64,000 nt of DNA. It comes from Trichinella spiralis. Lineage: Eukaryota. Shown here piece after piece: positions 53,831 to 64,000 of the stretch. The stretch covers positions 3,747,228-3,811,227 of the forward strand of contig NW_003526943.1 of the NCBI RefSeq assembly GCF_000181795.1, written 5' to 3'. The notes beneath the pieces were generated by a model, which worked only from the letters and a program-made list of their open reading frames with translations, did no database searches and was not told the origin of the DNA. Made by a program: the position numbers and the translations under genes. Positions within the stretch are counted from its first letter, which is position 1; every line of letters starts with the position of its first letter.

Positions 53831-54386
53831 CACGCTACGAGCGCCGCCCCGAAGCATTTATTACGCACATGAGCGTACCAACGAAGGCCTGTGGAAAATC
53901 TTGCAACAACTATTTGCTAACAAATATAATGTAATTCTGACACCAAAGGGTGCAGATATATATATTATAAAAACGTTCCATACACAAAAATTAAACATTT
54001 TCACATGCAGTTAGATAACAGTACTGTTACAATCAAGCTTAAAATTTTACGCTAATTCATAAATTTCAACTTAATATAAATAAAAGAAAAATTGAAACCC
54101 ACCAATGAACCATGGCAAAGCCGACGGAATTTATCAGTGCATAAAATCTGCAACTGAAATATTGCGTATTTTCACTGAATACCATTTGGTCTCCAATACT
54201 TTTTACGAAGGGGAAGATCAGGAAACTATTACCAATTTCAAATCAAATTTCATATACTACAAAACGTGATATGAAATATTTAATGGAAAAAATTCAGCAA
54301 GAGTGTGGAAACTGTCTTTGCTACACAAACTATATAAACATTAATGACAATAGCAAAATGGGATTCACTATGAAATTCAGATTCCA

Positions 54387-56000
54387 AAAACATTTACAGA
54401 GTGTTTGTTACACATAACATAATCTAATGTAGATATTTAAAATCGTCTGCTCAAATTTGGTCTTGCTTATGGACCTCAAACATTAATTAACATTTAATAG
54501 GTAACTACAGCTTTTAAAATATATTAATCACATTTGTTATCCAAAATCAGATTCATTGATTAAAAATAACCTAAAAAATTTTTGCCACTTTCAGAAGCAT
54601 ATAAATACACTGTATTTATGTTTTTTATAAATTACATAAATAACATACGAATTTTTAGAATACAGGGAATCCCGAAAGATTCCCAAGACAAAAATTCAAC
54701 ACAACCAAAAGGCTGTTATTGATAATTACCTTGAAGTGGGTTCAAAGGTTGAACTATTTGTTCAAAACCTAGGTTACCATTTGTTTCAAGCTTTACCACA
54801 AGTTGGGTTTTGATGAATGAATTTAATGGGTTTAAAGAAATCCTGATAAAAAACATTTACAGTGTTTGTTACGGATAGTATAATCTAATGTAGATACAGT
54901 GAAACTCCGATTATTTGTTATCCGAACATTCGATTATCCGTACACATTTTGGCAACCTGCATTTTAGTAATACTGTAATATTCTGTTGGCTAGTTTTTAT
55001 GTCCGGTAGGCCACTACTAGGAAGAGAAAGGTTTTGAGTTTAGAGCAACAGCTAGACGTCTGTAGACTAGTGGAGACGGGCGAGTGGCTTAGGAAAGTCG
55101 CCGAGAGTTTTCGTATGGGTCTATCCACAGTTATAGCTATCTATCGCAGTCGACCTCAGCTAACTGACTTTGTGCAGTACATGGATACTTCGAGTAGCTG
55201 TTCTTCACGAAAATGGATTAAAAAAGTGGCAAGTGACGCGTTTGATTCAGAAATATATACATGTGGTTCCTCCAGCAACTTGCATTTCACCAACCAATAA
55301 GTGGTTTCATTTTGTTAGAAAAAGTTCTAACTTTCAGTACTGAGCTAGATATTGATAATTTTGTAGCCAGTTCAGGATGGCTAAGAAACTTTAAAAGTCG
55401 GCATGGCATACGCGAGCTTAAAATTCACGGTGAAAAATTGTCTGCTGACAGTGAGAGTGTCGCAAAATTTACAGGGCAAATTACGTCGCATAATAAACAG
55501 AATGTCTACTCTTTCTTCCGCGTCTAATTGAGAATAACAGCTATAAACTCTTCAGTTACGTACATACATTTTGAAAAATTGGAAAAGTTTGATCAGCCAA
55601 AAATCCGATTATCGGAAAGAGCCCAAAAACCGAATGTTCGAATAATTAGAGTTCCACTGTATTTAAAATGATCTTACGAGTTGGTAATGTTTATGATGCT
55701 TAAACGTTAATTAACGTTTAATAAGGGATTACAACATTTAAAATTTGTTAAATACATCTGATATTCAAAACTAATTAATAAACGAAGTTATTAACCCAAT
55801 TAAAAACTAGAATACTCCCAAATAATATTCACTGTTTATTATTCACACACAAACTTTAATAAAGATACCCCCCATAAAACATAGGAAACTCCAAAAAGTT
55901 TCCCAAACAAAAATTCAATACAACCCACCCGTTGTAATTTATGTTTACCTTCAAATAAATTGTAAAAATCAAATAATCCAAGTTCAAGCCTATTTTACCA
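54387..56000 (+). repeat. Diverged tandem duplication (unit about 460 bp); the second copy is interrupted by a transposon
   Basis: AAAACATTTACAG..TGTTTGTTAC..ATA..ATAATCTAATGTAGATA occurs at 54387 and 54850. Similarity resumes after 55660 (for example TTCCCAA.ACAAAAATTCAA.ACAACC at about 54680 and 55900). Ends are approximate. Confidence 0.75.
54897..55659 (+). mobile_element. Internally deleted pogo/Tigger transposon (763 bp)
   Basis: TA|CAGTGAAACTCCGATTATT ... AATAATTAGAGTTCCACTG|TA. It carries a frameshifted N-terminal HTH (RKRKVLSLEQQLDVCRLVETG) and a CENPB-type HTH (FVASSGWLRNFKSRHGIRELKIHGEKLSAD), with no DDE region. Confidence 0.9.
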
Positions 56001-57783
56001 CACGATTAAAAATTAATAACAAGTTCGATTTTGCTAATATTATTACTTCTTACAAAACACGAACAAGAGAGCTTATTAAACAATCAACATACATCTTTAT
56101 CTACTGATATTATTTCTACAACCAATACTTGAAAGTAAAAATTATTATACGTTAAAATAAAGACAAATTTTGTTCCTTTCTGTGCATCCTATATCGATTC
56201 TAAATGTTGAAAATAATTCTATATGCTTATAAAATATATTCAAACCATTCAGAATAAGAGAATTTAACACTTTTGTTGGAAATTTTTCGAAACAGAAGCG
56301 TATCCTAATTCTTAAAACCTGAAGGCTGAAATACGGTGAGTAGCATTTTCTTAGTGGAAATTGCTATAATCAACTCGGCACGCAAAATAGACGTAAATCA
56401 ACACAGTTGCAAAGGCTATTTTGTTGTATTTTTAAAGACTTTAAAACTATTTCACTTAATTAATTTTTCGATAAAAGATATAAAACTGACTTAATACTAT
56501 CTGATGAAAAAATTTACATAGAGTTGAGATCACTCAGATTTTTTTACACTTGTTTTTCTAGCGTGTTTCTTGCCTTCATGAATTCAGAATTTCGAATTTA
56601 AGATGTTGTGAAGACCAAAAAAAAGTTCAAAAACACGGAATTGAAAAAGACATGATGCTTTGTGTCAAAAGAGATGTCACAAAATTTCAGATCATAACTA
56701 TGAAAATTGGCGGAGTAAAGTTCATATACACCACGGGGTGGAATGCACCCCAAGAATCCATCACATGATTAATCAAGAAAAGTTATTTTAGAAGAACAAA
56801 AAACAGAATAATTTGCATGTTGATATAACAACTGCAGCTTCCTACAAATAAATATTTGGATTGAAATCTATTTTAATTTAATAAACTGCTAAGTGAACCT
56901 ATGTAAATATCACTCTGAGCTTCATTAAAGTTATCATTGACAGCATTATTTTGCCAGCGCTCCCCAATTGGAGAGGAAATCTGTTTGGATCTCTTTTCTT
57001 TTAAATTAAATGAAAATGGCTCAACTTTTGAAATGAACTATTTAAATTCGAATTGAAAATTCTGAAATCATTTTAAAAAATATTCAAAATATTTGAAAAA
57101 AACAAATTTTTTTAAGTGATAAAAATTTAATCAAGTATTTTGTAAATAATTGTCTAAACTATGAAGTTAAAAAAGCAGTTTTATGTAAATCACTGAGAGA
57201 AACTTCAAATAATAAAAGATGATACAAATTAAATTTTTTACCAAAACTCCCTTGCCAATTAAGGAGATCTTTCAGAAATTTGTCGATCATGGAAAAAATC
57301 CAATTAACGTTTAAAGAGTGCCAAATATTTATTTTTTATGAATTTATTATTAATTTTCTTATGAAATAATATTTAAAAAGCTAATATGCTGAGGAAGATT
57401 TACTCGCAGTATTTATTATTAAGCTGGACGGGTAGCATTCTATTAAAAGTATAACAAATAAATGTATTTTAAGAATTTTTTATTTTTCATCTTTAATTAG
57501 GCCTTAATAAATTAATTAAAATGTTTATTTTAATGAAGCCTACTTAGGATATTTATATTTCATTAATTTATATCTGAATTTATAAACTTACTGAGATTTG
57601 TATAAAGTTGTTTAAAACTTGTCATTAATTTTACTTTATTAAATAACTGTTAGATCAAACAAAAGAATACAATACTTGTCAAGAGTGTTCAATAAATTGT
57701 AAGTGGCAACATTTGCTTTCTATTATGAATGAATTGTATTTTTAGGTAAAGTTTTTCAGTTCTGAATTAACTGTAGAACTGAG

Positions 57784-60376
57784 ATGTTGGATTTGAAAAT
57801 CGATTTAGTAGCGGTTTTTATTTTTGTGAGTACCGTTTCGGTATGCAGAAACTTTATTTATTCCATATTTATTTGTTTATTTATTTATTTATCTATTTAT
57901 TCATCTGAAATTCAATTTCAGCTTTGCACTTCAACCACTGATGTGCTTTATGTACCAATGCTTGACAAAATTTGTGTATTAGAAAAATTAAATCAGTCAC
58001 GATTATTGTTCGAAAATGAAATAATTTTTTCTGCAGTGACAACTTTTCCACACTGCGTTGGTATTTGTTACCGAAATATCCTGCATTCAAACCACCAAAT
58101 TCTTTCATTTGACTGGGTGAAACAGAGATGCGTTCATTATTTCAATGTCAGTAGAATGCATGTTGTTGAAAATATTGAAAATACTAATAAAGCTACATTT
58201 TACCTTTTAGAAGAATGCGTAGATGGTAATGAAAATTTTAAATAATTCATCTTTCACAAATATCCGTTTATAAAATTTATTTCGTTAAAAATATCAAATG
58301 TTTCACATCAAAAAAGGGAAAAAGATTTTTTTAATAAATAAATTAATTACTGAATTATAGTTTGTTTCGTTTAGTTAATAGCAATGTCACAATTGACGAA
58401 GGTGAAGTGGAAGAAAATATTTATGCAAATGGTACAACATTTTTGGAACCAGTACATGAGGAGTGCACTGTGGAGCGTTTTTCTTTCAATGCAAGTCGCT
58501 CGGCAAAACGAACTGACGCCATGTTTTACTGTACACACTTGGAAATTTGCATTTCTTATTGTCGGATGACAATTTCACCAGTTGTATGCAATGCTGTATT
58601 GTTCTCCCAATCAGAGGGTATATGCGTTTTGCTCAACTATGAGGGCCGACGTCAAAATAAAGGCAATTTAACAAAGAACTTCATTTCTGAATTTTTTGTA
58701 TTATACGATTGCAGATACGGTGAGTTCATATGTATGTTCATATATATAAACTTTTTATTTATTATGTAAAAATGAATTACATCGCTGTTGAAATTCATTT
58801 AAATGATCCTATTAATTCGCATTGAAACATGCATGTCAAAGTGACTTTTTACAAGTGAAAAATAAGTTGAATTTTTGCTCTAACAAAAAGCTTTACAACT
58901 TGCAGCAGAAGCAGCTGTCGAATCAGAGATGCTCGGATTGGATAATTATACCATTAGTGAACATTATCATTCGCAAATTAAACTGTACAGTTCGACGAAA
59001 GTTATATCATGCGAAATTTATCGGTTGCCGTTTGTTGAAAAATTTCTGTCGATGCGCGTCAGTCTGTGGTTAACGAACATATTCAAAGAATGCCTCCAGT
59101 TGTGCATTTTTGCCAATTCAACTAATGAAAAGTGCAACAGTGTCTATTATTCAAAAAAGATGGGCACGTGCCTCATTTTTAACATCGCCGATGAAAGTGA
59201 TCTGCTCATGGAAAACACATCATACAATAGTCCACCTTTTCTCTACTACATCAGCAGCTGCACTGAAAGTAAATGTGCTAACTTTAAAAATATTAAATTG
59301 AAAATTGTATAATTGCATTACGAAAAGATAAAAAACTGAAATCATTATAGACGATAGAAGTTTGCATTTGTCTTTTGATTACGAAACTGACTCAACGCCT
59401 GAATATTCTGACGGTGAACACGGATATCATTTCGATGAAATGGTTTATGAAAATTATAATGTCGGTGAGTAGATGAAATTATTCTGCTTTTGTATTTTCT
59501 TTTCTGTCATTTATTAATTTGTTCTGATTTGTTCGAAATAAATATGATCAATTTTATAACATTACAATTCATTTTCGAGTGAAAACCCAACCAATTTCAG
59601 AAGAAGAAGAAGAAAAAGAAGAAGAATCAACAGAGACGTCTTTATCGTTTGTCATTGGAAATACAATTCTCGAACAAGACATTATAAATAGTTCTGCGAT
59701 GGGAATTGTAAAATTTTACGATTTTATGGAAATTTGCATAACTGAAAAGCTCAATTTTAAACTACTTGAGTATGCTGTTGCAAGTGAGGTAGCAAAAAGA
59801 TGTTGGTCATTGAACAGTTGCTTGCTAACTTGCCGCACCTCAGTACTGAGAACTGGTTGTCGAGGGGTATTATTTTCACGCCAAAATAGCAGGTGCCATT
59901 TGCTGCACGTAGGAGACATTTTCGATCATGTTACTGTCGATCCTGAGGATGAGGTTGTCCGTTTAATATCATGCAAGAAAGGTAAAGAGTTGCAAATTAA
60001 TATTTTCACAATTCTATTGTATCATTTCAAATTCTGATCCATTTTAGATAGAAAAAATGAACGTACAAACAATCCAGAACCGTTGCGATATTATATTGAA
60101 GAAATGCATCAAGTCTGTCAAATAGAATTATACATACCATCAGTTTTATCTTCCTGGATTCCAATTAGTACCATAAAAGATGTTGACAACTTTCAGAAAT
60201 GCTTGAAATTTTGCGCCACGCATAAGCAATGTTCAGCATTTAATTTTTCGAATGTGAAATTGTGTACATTGCTTGAAAGCGGATCTGTAAATAATATGTA
60301 CAACAAACCTAATAATTCTGTTTTTGCAGAAGTTCTGTATTGTGAACCTGGCACTGTCATCGATCTGATATATTAA
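57784..60376 (+). CDS. Probably secreted protein with about 5 PAN/apple-like modules, multi-exon
   Basis: A short hydrophobic first exon is followed by repeated C...CxxxC...C(N/S/R)xxx(F/Y)S...CxL modules at about 57960, 58460, 59010, 59730 and 60110, with an acidic linker and no C-terminal TM segment. Exon boundaries are partly uncertain. Confidence 0.75.
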
Positions 60377-61384
60377 AAAGAAATTTTTTCTTGTTTAGTA
60401 ATATTCCTCTTCAATTGAACATCGTACTTTAATTATTTATAATTTATCTTTGCAAATTATTATTACTAAACTAAGTAAATAAATGGATGATCATCAGTTA
60501 TCGTGCTGGATATCAGCTAGTCGCGTTCAGAAGCATCTTCTCAAAAGTGTTGAACAAATTCACTGAATAATCATAGTTCAAAATATTTTTCAATAAACAA
60601 CAATGCTGCAATTGTTCAATACGATTGATGAATAAAAAAGAGAAAAACCGATGGAAAATTGCATTCCAAACCTTTAAAAGTTATCCTTGATTTCAGATTA
60701 AAAGTGAATAAAGAATATGTGATCAATTTTAAAATCAACAGATAGCTTTGTAAAACACGAAATGGAAACATTAAGCATAACAACGAAAACAATTTCGTGC
60801 AAAAAATTCACCACAACATGCAGAGCTAGTAAAGTCAACAACAGCAAGGGCTGTTTATAACTGGCGGGCTACATATTTTTACTTGTTACAACGTACATCC
60901 AGATATCTATCATTGAACAGTTGGCTGAGGCCAACACTACGGTTGATTATGAGCATGGAATGGAATGGAAAGTGAAAGAACAGTTAATCAATAAATTAAG
61001 AAAATAAATAATTTTCAATATACAAGCAGTTTATTTGAGCAGAATATTCAAGAAAAAAAAATAATGTTCTACAGTGAAAGGGACAGATGAAAAACGATCT
61101 CTCAAAAATGATCTAAAATCATGATGTTTCAGATTATGCTGACCACAAAAGATACTGGCCAAAAAAGTCCACCATCACCATAAATAACATAAACAAAAAG
61201 ATAATACGGTCAACCACAGGTAGGTATAATCAAAAATAACAGCTTCATAATCATATGTGAAAAGATGCGCGTTTCAGAAATGCAGCCCGTTTTAGAAGCA
61301 TGAAAATAAGGCAGTTAAAATGAAACACATCCTTATCGGAGATCAGAATCGGATGACACTTGTTTGGACGTTAACGGACGCTGT

Positions 61385-63928
61385 TCAGCTTGTCGTCAAC
61401 AACATTCTTTCGACTTCATCCAAATGGGATAGAAATTCTTCCGGCAACAATTTGTACTTGTCCTTCACTTTGACGGTACATATAATTTTCGAATATTTCG
61501 AAAGTAAAACTTTGCGTTTACGACGGGCTGCACGCCTGTCCGAAACTTGCCTAGCAATGAATACTTTCAATTCGTAATATTGTTTCTGCGCCAGCATGTC
61601 ACTTTCATGTTGCAAACGATGCAGTCGGGATTTCTACATAAAAATAATATATACACAACCGCAAGGAACATTCCAACAAACTCAACAAATACATTTCAAA
61701 CATTCAAAATTATAAAACATACCACCATTAAACAAATGTGAAAGTCAACTTTATATTAAAAAAAAATGTTTTTTTACACAACTGAAACATTTCAACAATC
61801 GATATACATATCAGCTGAAACTATATTACAAATAAAATTTGAAACAATATTTTGAAGCCAAAAATAAGTAAACAACAAATAACATCAAAACTTACTTTAA
61901 ATTTAAATTGATATCAAATAAAAAAATTATGATCATGAGAAAATTCCCAACTTACTTTCTCTTTTTCAAAGCGTTTGAACGTCTGCTTGACTGACATTGG
62001 ATTAAAATTTAATGGCACCGGCGTAGTGTAGTTCTGAATTGAAAAGTATTTTTTAAAATCATTATCATTATTAAAGATCTCGACTGGAGGACGGAATATT
62101 GGTTTCAAAAATACCTTCTGGCGTAGAGATCTAATCAGATTTATCACATGCCCTTCGTAAAGCCACCGAACTGCAGTTACCGGTTGAACGGAATGCTTTG
62201 CAAAATGATTGCGATTCATAATCGCTACAATCTCTCTTTCACAGTTCCATCGTAGACGCCACTGCAAACAGATTATAAAACTTAAAACAGAATTTTGGAA
62301 TAAAAGTACAAAATAGAAGTATATATACTTAATGAAAAAATGTACTTTTATAATTCAAAATAAGGAATGCTTTAATGTTTAATAAAATGTGTGATTGACT
62401 GAGGAACAAAAATTCTGCAATACCATTTCATCGTGAATTTTTTTCCGCAAATCCCATCTTTGCCTTTCCTGACAACCAAAAAATGCACACCATGCCACAT
62501 TCAACCCCACGGGCATAGGTCGCTGAAAATATATTTTCCCTATGAAACTGCAATCAAACATAGAATAAGACAAAATAATTACCAATCGCTTTTTGTACAC
62601 TTTGCAGCCAGGACGAGGCCATTTCAGTGTCTTGAAATGTGCAATTCCTGGAATTTCCGGGTAGCCAACTGAACGCATCTGCATAATCGATTTAGCCCAT
62701 TCTTTTCTTCTCTAAAAATTTTCCATTGAAAAATCATCTCAGGACAAAAGCAAACATACATACGTTTAGAATTTCAAGTGCTAATATTTAAAAAATTACG
62801 CTATTGGAAAATAACAGCTACAATATGCGCAAATTCATAAATATGCATGCTTTTCTAACTTACACAACTGTATAACCAATAATAATGCGAATCTCCACTA
62901 TGATCATCAATGTCCCAGAGATCACTGGCCGTAAAGGTCTCTTTTGGCTGTCTCGGCACGTATTCAACTTGCAAATGTTTGAACTCTTCAAGATGATAAA
63001 CCTGATCCGACTTGAAAGACAGCAAATAAGACTTTTTCGGTTTTTTCGTCTTAGGATTTCTCTGCTGTCGCCGAGAAGAACCTAAACAAATAATTTCTAA
63101 TGTTCATAAATACTATTTATAAAAAAAACTCTTTCTATCAATGGAATTTTTTCATTTTTAAAAAAAATATTCCTATTGATACAGTTTTCAAAAATTTCAA
63201 TAATAAAATTTACTTTTTTTGTTAAGCATTAGCTTCAACGGTGGCACTTTGTTATCACTTGATGATGCCAACTGTTCATCACTTTGTACAGCTCTGTAAG
63301 CTTTCGAAGATGAGGCTCGACTGACCGGCGTTGGATCGTCATTTAGACCGCTTGCACGAGAAGAAGCTTTACGACTTTGGGCTCCACGTCTGCACCTGGA
63401 ACGAGCGGATGCTTTACGAGCTCGGGTTTTGCCGACGGTTGGATTTTCGACCGCCTCAGCCGGGGTGGGACGACTTTCATTTTCCGTATCCGAATCGTGA
63501 AATTCGTAAACATCACCAGCACCGGATGTGCCAGCGCCCCGGCCTACGCGTCGTCCACGATAACCAGCTGGTGGACGAGCAGCACCCCGGCGGCACATTG
63601 GTCGTTCAGACGCTGAAACTGTTTGCACAGCTCTAGCACAGCTCGGTGGGCGCCCGCGCCTGCCACGACCTCGACCTGCAGCCCTCCCACGCGCTGCTCG
63701 AGTTCTACTGCTAGTTGATTCGTCATTTTGATGAACATGAGATGATTCGTCATCGTTCATGCCCAACAAACATGCATCTTCTTGGTCATTGTGAACGCTA
63801 TTCACCATTCTACCTGCATCTTCTAGTAAAGTGTGAACGGCGGCCATGGATGCTACATCAATTGGCCTTTTTCCACCTGTAGTACACAATGCAGGATCAG
63901 CGTGATGTTTCAACAACAATTCTACAAT
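61385..63928 (-). CDS. ANKRD11/12-like ankyrin-repeat nuclear cofactor, 3' part (5' exons lie beyond the window)
   Basis: Ankyrin tail IVELLLKHHADPALCTTGGKRPIDVA, then an RG-rich low-complexity region and KVPPLKL. The C-terminal block PMPVGL...FFGCQERQRWDLR...CEREIV...QPVTAVRWL...RLQHESDML resembles the ANKRD11/12 C-terminal domain as recalled. Confidence 0.7.
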
Positions 63929-64000
63929 CTATAAAAAAATGCACTTTTTTAAAAAATAACATGCTAAATTATTCTGAAAAAATTCTCGCTACTTCTAAAT

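Noticed and set aside
56735..56751. Small hairpin GGGGTG-GAATG-CACCCC in a MITE-like stretch
   Set aside because: A 6-bp stem with no definable element boundaries.
1..64000. CRISPR arrays, rRNA, tRNA or prokaryotic systems
   Set aside because: I saw no regularly spaced repeats or recognisable structural RNA. The window is intron-rich eukaryotic DNA.

Overview
AT-rich eukaryotic genomic DNA with many short (about 50-70 bp) GT-AG introns. The style suggests a clade I nematode such as Trichinella (inference only). Genes in order: a reduced, divergent CBP/p300 paralogue (+); a transposon graveyard (pogo/Tigger and Mutator relics); a 4-exon CENP-B/pogo-derived gene (-) that the ORF track only shows in fragments, head-to-head with DNA topoisomerase II (+); an SLC12/NKCC cotransporter (-) with an intronless DHFR nested antisense in one intron; two tandem Cys-rich single-pass membrane paralogues (+); ribose-5-phosphate isomerase (-); intronless AIF (-); an intronless NAP1-like gene (+); more transposon relics; a multi-PAN/apple gene (+); and the 3' part of an ANKRD11/12-like gene (-). 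The most notable items are the spliced mini-CENP-B-like gene (HTH plus a putative dimerisation tail, no DDE), the stripped-down CBP, the nested DHFR, and the YVN-rich receptor/adaptor pair. All homology calls come from recalled motifs read by eye; no searches were run.
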